A stretch of DNA of 64,000 bases from Octopus vulgaris (lineage: Eukaryota). Where the stretch lies: NCBI GenBank assembly GCA_951406725.2, contig OX597825.1:18104001-18168000 (forward strand). The letters are read 5' to 3'. Both the position numbers and the translations under genes were made by a program. This document shows, piece after piece, positions 41,355-55,840 of the stretch. The notes under the pieces are model-generated. The model saw only the letters and a list, made by a program, of their open reading frames with translations. It ran no database searches and was not told the origin of the DNA. Within the stretch, counting starts at the first letter, position 1. Each line of letters starts with the position of its first letter.

Positions 41355-41815
41355 AGTCATGAGACTGGGGTCATGCTGGGTCACCGACTTAAAGGGTATT
41401 CATCGAACGACTCAGCTCTAGAACTATTTTCTTGTTTTAAATTTTTGTACTTATTCTATCAGTCTCTTACGTCGGGCCACAATATTGCTTCCAGGAAAAT
41501 AAAATAAAACAACATAAATGCCAACTGGTTGGTGGGGGGGACAAAGACAAAGACACACATAGAGGCACGAACACACACACAAACACACACACATACACAC
41601 GCAAACACAAACACTTACACACACATATGTACATACATATACATGAGGGAGTTCTTCCAGTTTCTGCCTATCAAATTAACCACAAGTTTTTTTCTCAGCC
41701 CCAAGATATAGTCGAAGGCACTTTCACAATGTTGTACACGTTTGTACTGAACCAGGAACCAAGTGGTTCGAAAACTGAGAAGCAAAATTTTTACATTTCA
41801 TCTACACTTGCGCCT
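41355..41815 (-). mobile_element. SINE family A, old degenerate full copy
   Basis: agtcatgagactggggtcatgctgg...gtacttattctatcagtctctt...gggggacaaagaca...ttcttccagtttctgcctatcaaatt...actgaaccaggaaccaagtggtt. Confidence 0.75.
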
Positions 41816-42494
41816 GCACACACAAACACCCTCACACAAAAATACAATCATGAGGTCACTGCGAACATGATGCCTGCTCGCAATATTTTATGCTGGCTCA
41901 GAAAAGTATATGAAATGTGTTTGATATCATCCTTACGAAGTCCTGCTTAAGAAAAATGTACTTAAGAAAAATGCGTATTCTATTTTATTTTTAGCATTGC
42001 CAAATACCTCTGTGAACCAACAATATTTTTTGCTATGTCGATGTAGGAAGCCACCACCATTTCTACAAATTACCATATGTATTACAGTCCACCATCAAGC
42101 TTTACATAATTATTTTCTATTAGTTTAAAAGCGAAAGTGCTAATTTTTGTGGCTTTTGATTAGCTGTTTTCAAAGTCTTGACATCAAATGGGTGCACGCC
42201 AAAACTCAAATAGCAGCAACTATTTATCAATTAAGACAATGTGTCATTAAAATTAATTATCTGGTATTTTGTTATGTTTCCTAATTGAGGTCAGTTTCTT
42301 TGGACGGATACTATTGTTAACAGATGTTTATGATTAACAATAGCTTTGACATTTGTAATTTGAGGAAAGAAACGTATTACTAGTATTTAAATCAAGACAA
42401 ATTCTGTTCTATTTATATTTACATCAGCCTGCTTAGAAAAAAAGGGCAAAATATGGCTGACTATGGATTGTGAACACGAAGGTAAATAATATAG

Positions 42495-42550
<56 letters not shown>

Positions 42551-42612
42551 TATACACATATATACATACATACATACATACACATATACATATATATATA
42601 TATATATATATG

Positions 42613-42644
<32 letters not shown>

Positions 42645-42681
42645 AAGATGTATATATATTATACACATATATACATACATA

Positions 42682-42870
42682 TTTGGCGAATTTTTCTCCG
42701 TTTTCACTTCCTTGGATCTTTCCTTTTCCTATGTTTCTAACGAAGAGCTCCGCTCGAAAGGTTAAATCCTTCTTCCTTCTTTCCTTTCCTAAACGCCCAA
42801 TAATACTATACTTGTTCTACGTCTTCGCATTGTTGTGTTTTCTCTTTGTGTTTTCATGTTTAGATTAACT
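42682..42870 (+). mobile_element. short pyrimidine-rich element between (TA)n tracts carrying a decayed hammerhead motif (Penelope-like terminus?)
   Basis: gttt-ctaacga-a-gagc-tcc-gctc-gaaag-gtt-aaat at 42733-42768; shares several motifs with 55550-55790. Confidence 0.55.
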
Positions 42871-43238
42871 ATATATATATACTATATATACACACATGAG
42901 GAGGTAAATTGATATGTGATTATGTCATACGATCCAGTGTACTCTACTGGATCAATATTACACTCAGAGTCGCTATTGCGTACGCGAATGTCTCATCCAT
43001 AGATAGTGAATAGTTAATTGGTCGCAAGCAAAGCATTTTAATAGCGTGAAGTATGAAGTAATTTAATTGTCTTGAAATTCTATTTAAACCCCTGTAATCA
43101 AAGTTTTACATTCTATTAGATTAATATATATGATTTGCATGCATTCATACTCCCTATCCATACAGCATATTGGATAGAGACAAACTCTTGTGATGCATAC
43201 ATAATTATTTATTCATTTAGTTAGTTATTCATACTTAC

Positions 43239-43285
<47 letters not shown>

Positions 43286-43317
43286 TACATAGATATATAC
43301 ATTTATAGATAAATATA

Positions 43318-43369
<52 letters not shown>

Positions 43370-44198
43370 CAGACACACATACACACCATACATACATACA
43401 TACATACACACTCATAGATATATATATATGTAGAGAGAGAGAGAGAGAGAAATAGACAGATAGCTCGATAGATAGAGAGGTAGGTATGTAGGTAGGTAGA
43501 TAGATAAATTGATACATGCAAAAATATATCTAACATTCTATATGAAATGTTTTCGCACTTCCTTTCTCTCTCTAGCTCACATTCTACCCATCTCCATTCT
43601 TTTGTTATATACATATATAGAGACATACATGGTGAGAGAAATAGTGAAGAAAGAAAGAGAAAGAGAGACAGATTGAAAGAGAAGCATATACTTCTGTGGG
43701 TGTACTGTTAGCCATGACTCACAAAAGTTATTCTGTAAGTGTATCTATATAAGTTTTCAACGAAACAATTTCGGTTGATGTTATGCAGGAAATACATACA
43801 TATACAGTTGTCAGATGTCGTAAAAGATAATTGCTGGATCGTGAAGGAAAAATAAATAACCCTTTGCATATGTAATATCTAAAAATTGCAAACCTTGTCA
43901 AGATCTATATATAATAATGGAAATTATATATTACGAATATTTCCATTCCATCATTTTACGAAGAATATGAAACAGTGGTAAAATATCATCAATCTCATGC
44001 ATATTATTTATCAAACTTCGAAGGATGTGTTTTTTTTGTTTTTGTTATTTTTGAATTCTACAAAATAAAAGAATCAGCAAAATAAAAAGAATTAGTCACC
44101 ACCAACTAAAAGTTGGTGGGTCATTTCTTGGTAAATAGTTTTTTTTACAAAAATATAACTTTCCCAACATTTTAATGAAAAATTAAAAAACCAGTACA

Positions 44199-44199
<1 letters not shown>

Positions 44200-44267
<68 letters not shown>

Positions 44268-44386
44268 GAACGATCTACTGAGTTTGGTTTAATGGCCTAC
44301 CAATGTATACTATGAGTTTCTTTGCCCTAGGAGTCGGGAAGACACTCGGCAAGAAATGCAAGCAAATTTGAAAGAAGAAAAAAAAA

Positions 44387-44437
<51 letters not shown>

Positions 44438-44464
44438 TTAATAATAATAATAATAATAATAATA

Positions 44465-44505
<41 letters not shown>

Positions 44506-44545
44506 AATAATAATAATAATAATGATAATAATAATAATGATAATA

Positions 44546-44600
<55 letters not shown>
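44200..44600. repeat. (AAT)n and (GAT)n arrays
   Basis: Visible directly; interrupted by a 120-bp insert. Confidence 0.93.
44267..44387 (+). mobile_element. 120-bp insert in (TAA)n, probable 3' end of an R4/Dong-like retrotransposon
   Basis: Terminal stem-loop ttgcc-ctag-gagt-cgggaagac-actc-ggcaa, then an A-rich end and (TAA)n on both sides. Confidence 0.45.
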
Positions 44601-44601
<1 letters not shown>

Positions 44602-44771
44602 ATGGTGGTGATAGATACAATGAGTACGAAAATATTTTGGCGCGTAACCTCTAAATCAATGGAGACAGAGATACGCCTAAAACTTGCATTAAATGACTGA
44701 ACAACTATTAAACAACGTTTTCTTCAATATTACTTTCATATGATGTGTATTTCCTTACAAATATATTATAC

Positions 44772-44821
<50 letters not shown>

Positions 44822-45540
44822 TTGATCAGTCATTGTTTTTATTCTATTGTAATGTATGGAATAGTAATTGATGCAAATATACTAACGTGGTCACGGCGTT
44901 TCTTAAACTATTATACGCTTGCTATAAATATATACGTAATATTCCCAGTATTCTCACGTATCATGCGCTAAATGCGATGAAAATAAATTTTAAAAACTAT
45001 ATCCCTATACAATTGGAATGTATTTCATTCGCAGTTAGTACGGATAAGCGACTGACCCTTTGTGTAATTTTCTTTATTTATTTCTTCCTGCCTTTCTACC
45101 TCTTTCTCTGTATATGGAAATTGGTGTATTTGTCAGAGGCGCACATAACAGTGCATAGGAATTATGAAAGAAAAGCTTCTGTTATTAAATAAGACTTTGA
45201 ATCTGATATGAGATAGAAATATACTGTTGGAGACAAATACATACATGGATGGATATCTATCTATTTCTCCATCCCTCTAGCCATCCCTCTCTCTCCCACC
45301 TCTCTTCCTCCCTCTCCCTCTCAGTCTCTCTCTTTCCCCTCTCTCCCTATATATATATATATATATATATATAGATATAGAAATAGATATATTGGAATAT
45401 AAATGTATATATGTATGGATTAGTAATAGGAATGCATATATAAGTGTGTATGCGTATGTGAATTAATAAATATCTGCACGTATGACACTCTTTACGTAAT
45501 TGCATATTTGGGGACGCGGTTGCATACAGAAATACATATG

Positions 45541-46940
<1,400 letters not shown>

Positions 46941-47598
46941 ATATGAGTGTTTGTGTGTGAGCGTGTCTGTGAATATATGTACCTATATCTATGTATGAGG
47001 CCTACAATATAACAAGATCTTAATGCTGGTCATAGAAAGAAGAATATGCTTCTTCCTGACAAATTAGCTGTCTGTAGATTTTCTATGGAACAATTCATAG
47101 AGTCGATCGCTTCACAAGATATATTTGTTCCAAGCGTTTAGTAGAAAACTCTATTTTTGCTACCATTCTTGTATTATCTCATCATATCAACTTACTTTTC
47201 CAATCTGTCTTTTATTTTTATCGTTTTCATCTTATTTTATTTTTATTTTATCTTTATTTCTGCCATTTCAGCGATATATATTTTTTATTTTTTTATCTTA
47301 AAGCAAAGAAGAGTCACATATTCGTGTGTACCTGCGCACGCGTGTGTATGTGTTTAGTTGTGTGTTCGGATGTGTGTGGGAGAGCGTGCGCGCGGTCGAT
47401 GAATTTATTTGGTGTAAAAAGGTCCAACCAAGTTTTATAAATGGCGTTACTTTTAACAATTATCTTCAAAAACAGTTTTTGCATTAGCAGAATGAGAAAT
47501 ATGAGATTCGTTCTAATGTTATATCCTAAAGCATCGTATTTCTTTTTACCATATACAAATAATACACACACGCACACGCATACACACATACAATTATG

Positions 47599-47630
<32 letters not shown>

Positions 47631-48084
47631 CCTGTATATATATATATATATATATCACTATATATATAATACATATACACACACGTACTTACTTGCTACG
47701 TACTCGTAACGAACATGAAAATGTACAGTTCCATTATTCATGCCAGTACAAAGGATTAATTTTATAAACGAAGAAAAGTTGTCTTCAACAGGAAAGATAT
47801 TGTTCACTGAGTTTGAATAGAGAGAGGGATATTTCTCCACAAGCGCTTGTTAATTTCCTACGCAGTATAAGCCGAAAATTTGCTATACGTTTTCGAAACC
47901 ATCTAGAAGTGGCAGAGAACTTTCATGCAGTTTCTTATAGAATTACAATTTGGTTATGTTATACCTCAAGATATGAAGAAATATCCTTCGGAACGTTTGA
48001 ATGAGCAGTAGACTTTTGGTATACTAGAGAACACAATTATACGAGTATTTCTCTCAAATTGCACGCTTTTCTCTTAATGTAAAA

Positions 48085-48560
48085 GTTGGCTGCAAGAAAG
48101 GCTTTGCTTCACAGTTGTGTGATTTACGGTTCAGTCCCGCTGCACAATACCTTGGGCTTGAGGAAGTGTCTGCTTCTATAGCCTCATACCGACCAAAATT
48201 TTATGACTGAATTTCGTAGTCGGAAACGGAAAGACACCAGTCGTATATAAACATATTTATTTATGTGTGTGTATGTATGTGTGTGTATACGAATGATTGT
48301 GTCTATGAATGTATGCGTGAATGTATGTGTGTACGCGCAGCTGTGTGTCTTTGTGTTTTTGCTGTGTTTATCCTCCCACTAGCCATTTCACAAACTCTCT
48401 TGTCTTAAGTCTTGGTAATCTAGCGTTTCTGTGAAAGAGAGCAATACTCTAAATACCAGATTTAAATGAATAAATGCCGTGGTCGATTTTTTTCAACGAA
48501 TTCAAGAGTTTGTTCTGGCATGACTGCAGTCCAACGACTAAAGCAAGTAAACATTAAAGC
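48085..48560 (+). mobile_element. SINE family A, old degenerate full copy
   Basis: ggttcagtcccgctgcacaataccttggg...cttctatagcctcataccgacca...cggaaacggaaaga...ggcatgactgcagtccaacgactaaagcaagtaaa. Confidence 0.75.
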
Positions 48561-48710
48561 TAACAGATATATTTGTTTTGAACATTTTTCTGATCGTCAC
48601 TGATCAAAGACACCGAACGCTTGACGATCAGATACATGACTGCAGTCATGCCGGAACAAACCCTTGAATTCATTGAAAAAAATCGACCTCAGAATTTATT
48701 CGTTTAAATC
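48459..48710. repeat. about 73-bp inverted duplication of a SINE tail with a nested inner hairpin
   Basis: 48459-48531 pairs with 48638-48710; inner 11-bp inverted repeat tctgatcgtca/tgacgatcaga. Confidence 0.85.
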
Positions 48711-48914
48711 GTTTTATACTGGTACTATCCAGAATAAAAAGTTACCTCGGGGTAAGCAACAAATACAACAGCTGTATGAGTGTACCAATTTGAATAGGAA
48801 TATCGATACTAAAAGATAATCCGATGCCCTAGTGTGAATGGTTACTTTTAAATGTTTATCTCTTTAGAGAGCAAAAATAGAGACGTGCAAATTGTGATGT
48901 AGAACCGGTTGATG

Positions 48915-49121
48915 TGTTTTAAATTTTGACAGGAGGACAGCAAACTCGAGAAGGTGGTAAGTCGATGAAATCAACACCAAAGCTCAATTGGGAGGTATTT
49001 CATTGATCCACGAAATAATGAAAGGCAACGTCGGCTTCAGTAATATTTAAACACAAAATGTAAAGGCGGACGAAATGCAAGTAAGCATTTTGTCCGGCGT
49101 GTTAACGATTCTGCCAGCTCG
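48915..49121 (-). mobile_element. SINE family B, tail type 2, diverged
   Basis: ggcggacgaaatgcaagtaagcattttgtccggcgtgttaacgattctgccagctcgc. Confidence 0.8.
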
Positions 49122-49273
49122 CACACCGGCCAGGGACTGATTGACATGCAGATGATTAGCATTGTGTGATTCAACAGGAACTGAACACATAATCAAACAT
49201 CTTGAGTGGACTGTGCCAAAATAGAAACGACACACATTAATAAGCGTACAACGATAATAATAACAGTCAGTAG

Positions 49274-49485
49274 TGGTTTCAAATTTGGCCACAAAGCCAG
49301 CAGTAATAATGGGTGGTCAAATGATTATATCGATATCCAGTGCTCAACTGGTACTTATTTTACCGACATCGAAAGATCGAAAGACGAAATCAGCCTTGGT
49401 TGTATTTGAACGCAGAATGTCATGAACAATAAAATGCCGCTATGTATTTCGTTCTGAGTGCTAACGATTCTGACATCTCGCCACC
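49274..49485 (-). mobile_element. SINE family B, tail type 2, diverged
   Basis: tggtttcaaatttggccacaaagccagc...aactggtacttattttaccgac...gctaacgattctgacatctcgccacc. Confidence 0.8.
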
Positions 49486-49486
49486 T

Positions 49487-49863
<377 letters not shown>

Positions 49864-50290
49864 TTGTACCTAGATGATTTCGTGCTGTGCTCTACCTATA
49901 ATAAACATCTAGAAACATGGTTACACAACTAGATGAAGTAATATAAGATCCGTGTAAGTCAGGTACTATAAACGACATTGTAGAGAAGAAAAATAAATTA
50001 AGAACAGCAGTGTCATGTTATGTAAACTAAGCACAGACTTTCTTTCACATACTTAGACGAATTAATCAAGTAGACGGAGTATAACGCGCACGAAAGAAGA
50101 AAGAAAAGTTTAGAAGGAATACGATAGACGCATCGCATTAATTCTTAAAGCAGAGCTATATATAAAGAAAACGGTAATAGCTTTCATTGTAGTGAATCTC
50201 CTAGTTTAAAGTGACAGTTATAACATTCTCCACTGGAGCAAAACTGGGGAGAAAATACAATGAAAGTAATGACAGCATTCAAAACTAAAA
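49864..50290 (+). pseudogene. decayed reverse-transcriptase fragment of an R4/Dong-like non-LTR retrotransposon
   Basis: LYLDDFVLCSTYNKHLETWL (YxDD motif), then, across frameshifts, FTYL..INQVDG, KEKFR..EYDRRIALILKAEL, SYNILHWS, KLGRK..MKVMTAF in the order expected for the RT-thumb region. Starts directly after (AAT)n. Confidence 0.6.
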
Positions 50291-50515
50291 AAGAAAGAAA
50301 CTGTGTTCTAACTGAATTCCAGGAAGCACACGATGTCGTTTACAAAAATCCCACATACTTCTCTCAAAGGTTGTCAACTCTAGAATTTAAGATTAGAGTT
50401 TATTAAGTATCAACGAGCAAGAAACTAAAGTATTCATTGATGTTGTTCCCTATATTTCCGATTAATAACAAGGATTTCTGCATTCCCTAGCTGGTTTTGA
50501 TAAAAAATGAATAAA

Positions 50516-50841
50516 GATATTGTTGTATTTCGGAGTGGTCATTTTGCCAGTTTAGCCAATAAAAACACACGCACTATATATTTGGTGTTACTTTGCTTCA
50601 GCGTTATTTATTTTTTACATTAATCTTAATCTTATTTCGGCCAGAGTTCTTTCGTCACACTCCTGTGACCGCATCAGTGGTCCTTTGCTTTATTCTTTCA
50701 TATTTGTGTGTCTCTCCTTACTAACGGTCAGCCATTTTGTAAAAGATAAATAACGCTGAAGCAAAGTAACACCAAATATATAGTGCATGTGTTTTTATTG
50801 GCTAAACTGGCAAAATGACCATTCCTAAATACAAGAATATC
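50516..50841. mobile_element. about 104-bp inverted repeat enclosing a hammerhead-like motif (putative Penelope-like inverted terminal repeat)
   Basis: Arms 50516-50619 and 50738-50841 pair with few mismatches. Confidence 0.85.
50638..50683 (-). ncRNA. minimal type-I hammerhead-like motif, variant core
   Basis: Minus strand: cca-CTGATGc-g-gtcac-aggagt-gtgac-GAAA-gaac-TC-tgg. Confidence 0.5.
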
Positions 50842-53281
50842 TGTTTCAACACACGATTTCACATCAAAACTCTTGCAAAACAAATATATGAATAAAAATA
50901 ATTAATCCAGTATATTCACGGCAACACGTTTCTCACCTGATATTTGTTTAGACTCTTAATTACAAAATTCAAAACCTAAAACAGCCGATTAAGAGACACA
51001 GGGATGGCACATAGAGCAACTAAGCTGAACATGTTCGGACAGAAGGCTAAAACATCAACGATATGGTTGAGAAACTTGTCACTACAAAAAATATACTGAA
51101 AGAAATATTTAAAAAGTACACACTATAACGAGGACAAAATGTCACTAATCTAGAAAATTTCATGGTACAATATAACATATTCCGACACCAAACTATGCAC
51201 GGGCTCCGAAAGACCCACTTGGAGACACAACAATGCAAAAATGTTGCCCTACATGCGTCTATGCGTTTTTCCGTCGATTTTAAAAGCCAGAGGGTGAAAG
51301 TTGTATGGAACACCAACATACATGTACTGACAAAATTACCCAAGAATGCGCTTGCATTAATAGCAAAAATAAGTTAAATTGAATTACGTTACGTCACAGT
51401 CCTGTGTTTAAATTGCATAGCCATTTTTACAAGAAGGATGAACAACCAAATATAAGTATAGACCTATATTCTTTCCATATAGAAGGAAGAGGAGGATCCG
51501 TAGACATTCTTAGAATATTCAGAAATAGTGTTTGGTATCTTTGAGTGATTCTTAAAACTTTAAACATAGTAAACTCAGAACAATTTTATCAACTACGAAT
51601 ACGCATATTTCCCATTAAACATTTTAATCTTAAAATATTTTGTTAATCACGAACAATGTTGTTTAACTTTTTTTTATCACAGAGAGGTCATGCGATGTAT
51701 TTCTGAATCTATGATTATTAAATGGAAGAATAATTATAATATCCGATCTCTACTGTCGATCGTTGATATCTTAATCCCGCCCAGAAATTATATAAATATA
51801 CCTCATAACAATATTTTATATACATTGTATACGTTTATTTTTATGAGATCTAACGAAAGCATAGTCAGAAATTCATAAAACTAGAACAGCTGGTCTTTGC
51901 AAGGTATCTTAGTCCAAAATCGGTCAGTCTCTATTTTGCCCCTTAATTCCTTAATTTTACTGACGTTTTTTTCCACATTTGACCATGCTTACTTATCTCC
52001 TTTCTTAATCTTCAAGGGGATGGCTGTAATTTACTACCATAGGTACATATAAATTTAATTCGCAATTCATACATAAAATACAGGTAGATTTTCCTAATTC
52101 TATTCCTCAAAATTTGTAGAAAAATGTATTGTCCCCATTTAACTTGACTTCTATAACTTTTTATCGACTGGAAAGTCTTTCTCTTTGTATGTATTGTCCT
52201 GAGATATTGTCATAGTACTTATCTTGCCAAAGAACATCTTTATATGCTTACTAAATTAAGTAACTCTACTGGAAGAAATATCAACAGGGACTCTTTGCTG
52301 TATTCAATTTCAGGTTTCCCACGAAGAGAAGATATCGATAAATTTGGTCCAATCCATTATCACAAGAAAAGCAGAAGAAGAATAGAAAGGAAAAAAGAAA
52401 ACACTTTCCGTTCTATTCGAGAAAAGGATTTTTTTCCAGGAAAAACATCGACAGGAATGAAGTCTAAAATTTATTGACACATAAGGAGGTTGACATAAAA
52501 AAAAACGATTTTATACGTGATGCAACAGGCTTGCTACAAGCAAATATGATGGAAAGGATATCCATAAAAAAGAAAATATGCCGCAGATATTAGATGGAAT
52601 TATAAAACAGTAAAATGAAAATAAAATAACAGGAAACAGCAATAATAGATCTTAAGAAATTCCTATAAATAAGCATTAACCAGGCTCGTCATTCTCTTGC
52701 GAGAAGGTATCAATCTGACTTTGTATGAGAGAAAATGCATAGAAAAAGCGAAATGACAGATAACCAACGCATTGATCTATATCTTTACAGTGTGGTTACT
52801 ATCAAGAATCATGAACACAAAAGTACTGTGAGGGCATGCATATCAGCGATAAATATCGGACTCGATTTCAAAGAGGTAGATGCGCCATTACCAAATTTGA
52901 CAGAAACAACCTCTCGAGCTTTACTAAGTAGAGGGCAAAACATACCAGAAAGGAAATTCCCTTCAAGGCTGATTTGAAATATAGTTTTCCAACAATCTAG
53001 ATTTTTATACTTATATACACAAAACTATTGATAAGGTTTATAACTGACATTTGTGCAAAATCACCCATAATCATATCAAATGTAAACCTAAATACAACTC
53101 AGTAGTGGAAAAAAGGTTTGTGCCAACGCATGCTGTTTGAATCGGCCTCATGCAGGTATTGTATCCGTTAACGATTATCTAGGTTCTAGATAGAGTAAAT
53201 GAGACTCTACTTCTTTGCATTGAGATGTCACACCCCAATATAGATGTACAACGAATCACGTTTTGGATTACAAGCATTTCA

Positions 53282-53339
<58 letters not shown>

Positions 53340-53460
53340 AAATATATTAATATATATATATACATGTACACATGACTACACACACACATATATATACATT
53401 ACATATGCATATATATATAGAGAGAGAGAGACGGACAGACATAGACAGAGAGGGATACGA

Positions 53461-53495
<35 letters not shown>

Positions 53496-53498
<3 letters not shown>

Positions 53499-53548
53499 CT
53501 TCCTGATGATTTCTTTTGAATGAAACAGTTCTAGTCCTGTAGAAGCTC
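53496..53548 (+). ncRNA. type-I hammerhead ribozyme motif with intact catalytic core
   Basis: gagcttc-CTGATGA-tttc-tttt-gaat-GAAAC-agttctagtcct-GTA-gaagctc: perfect 7-bp stem I, stem III acag/ctgt, GUA cleavage site after 53541; stem II short and weak. Confidence 0.8.
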
Positions 53549-53632
53549 CTTCTATATAATAAATTAATTTACTCTGCTATGTATTGAGTACCTTATTTAC
53601 TGTGGTTAACCCCGACTCAACCCGGGACCTAC
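53496..53632 (+). mobile_element. about 135-bp hammerhead-bearing element inserted in a (TA)n/(GA)n microsatellite
   Basis: Complex-sequence island bounded by microsatellite on both sides, beginning with the hammerhead. Confidence 0.55.
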
Positions 53633-55549
53633 ATATATATATATATATAAATATACGTATGTATATCTTGCTGGCATTGTACAGCACCACACCTGCAGTG
53701 GAAAATTGATTTTATCCCCGGTATAAATATCTCCATTATTATCTTTCAAACAGTAATAGATTTGGCCGGTCCTAAATTGTGTGTGTGTATACAAAAGGAA
53801 GTAAAATAATTTTTTGAGGTGTTTATCTTTCATAGTTATTACGTATCTATTACCATTCTACTGAGATTTATACCTGAAACCCATCCGCTTTCTGTACAAT
53901 AAAGATGAATATTTAATCATTATCAACAAGTTATTTCAGCTAAGACCGATATATATCACCGTACTACACAGTGTCGCACCACTTAGAAGTATGGAAAGGA
54001 TGGGTACCGTTTGGTGGATACTATTTTGAAAACAATACTTTTTTACTTTCAATATGAATTCAACTGAACTATGTAATAAGAAAGCTTACATAAAGATTTT
54101 GTATATATAACGTTACAACATTTCAAGCATTCATTTATATTTTCAAATATAGTTTTGTTGATCCAACTACTTTCCCTGCACGTATCTGGATTTCGTCTAT
54201 CATATGATGGCATTTAATTTTCTTTTTTCCCTGTTGCGTGTGTCATGGATGAATAAAATAATCTGATATTGAGAATTTGAAATTTTTGCAATCTTTCTGA
54301 ATTATGGAAACTTCTGATCTCTTGTTCCCATGGTAGTATTAGATGTAGCTGGGAGATTGAGAGATTCTTTAATAAGTGCTACGAATATAGTTTTCGTAAG
54401 AAAGCGCAGGAGAGATTTGCAAGACAATTTCTGTCGCATGAAAGAATCGCAAGTACGGAACATTTAGTATTAAAAACTTCACAAGATGGATTCTATCGCA
54501 GGGAAGCATCGCAAGATGTAATATTCAAGTGGAGTCAACCGACAATAGGCGTAAGAACGGGTAGTTAGTTACACCTGGGTACTCAGCTGATTTAATGACG
54601 GTTTCTCGTGATAAGGCCCTAAGGTGGGGTTACGTGAGACCTCTGAGCCCTAAACATATTAACAAGAACAGTGGGTGTGGAACAGGGACGATTGGATGGA
54701 AGATAGTTGCCACAATAGCTAAACAATTAATCTAGTAACTTCACACAATACGTTTTTACAAAGTAGACTGGAGAATCAGCTGTCTAACAAATATGATATT
54801 CAAACCATTCGTAGTAATGTTTCTGAAAAGACAGTGTTTACATAAAATTTCTCGTTTCATATTTCCAATAAATATGGGACATTATAACTAATCAGAAAAC
54901 GAAAGAAGAAATAGCAAAAATATATTCATTGTAACATGGGGAAAAAAAGTCGAAATATAAAATATTTTACCGGCAATTATTGTTACTATTTTCAATTGTG
55001 CAATTATTATCTAACTCACAGAGACGATATAGTAATTTTTCGTAATGTATTTTTAAACTGTATTGTAATCTGAATAAAACATTTGCTCCTCCTTGTTAAG
55101 AATTTGTTTAAAAAATCTAACAGAGCATCTCACGTGATGTCTGTTAATTATATTGCCTCATTCCTATACTCTTACGATAAAATTTACACCACATTGAAAA
55201 GTAAAATACGAATAAACAAAAATTTAATTTACATTAAAACGAAATGCTGAAAATAGATTTCAATTTTCGGTTCCGAGTCTTACATTGTATCTTGGTGTGT
55301 TTTCATCATAATTCTTCTTCATTTCTCTGCTTTTATTTTCATTAGGATAAAGGCACCCAAAGAATTAAGCATTATCTAAGGTATTGATTTTTTTCAGTTA
55401 AATTTGAAACACAGCTAGAAAAGAATAGGAAGATTTCGTATTTTCATTAGATTCATTCATTCAATACACACTTGATTCTGTATTAGTTAATGTGCGTGTG
55501 TATCTTAGGATATACATTCAAACACACGCATGCACTTCCATATATATGT

Positions 55550-55790
55550 AGCGAGAGTTTACGAAAAAAGCAAAAGGCGAAGACAGGTGGTGTACAAAAC
55601 AAACAGATGTATTAGTATAACGCTCAGGAATAGAAAAAAGTCTTTTACGTTTCGAGTCTACGCTCTTCTACAGAAAGGGACATAGAAGAAAACAAGGAGA
55701 AAAACAAATGCGTGTAGTGGCTAACGATCTATCATGGCGACTGACTTCGGACAGAAGCGTCGCGCACGGGAACGAAGAAGTAGGGGAGAT
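55550..55790 (-). mobile_element. short element with a hammerhead-like motif, related to 42682-42870
   Basis: Minus strand 55677-55642: cttt-CTGtAGA-a-gag-cgtaga-ctc-GAAAC-GTA-aaag; flanked by TA-rich repeats. Confidence 0.55.
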
Positions 55791-55792
55791 GT

Positions 55793-55840
<48 letters not shown>

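Noticed and set aside
52244-52977. Non-repetitive ORFs of 77 and 80 aa with an upstream tttcag acceptor
   Set aside because: No recognisable motif; the lengths are expected by chance and they may be decayed TE sequence.
54520-54720. Relatively GC-rich island as a promoter or LINE 5' UTR
   Set aside because: Nothing diagnostic and no second copy in the window.
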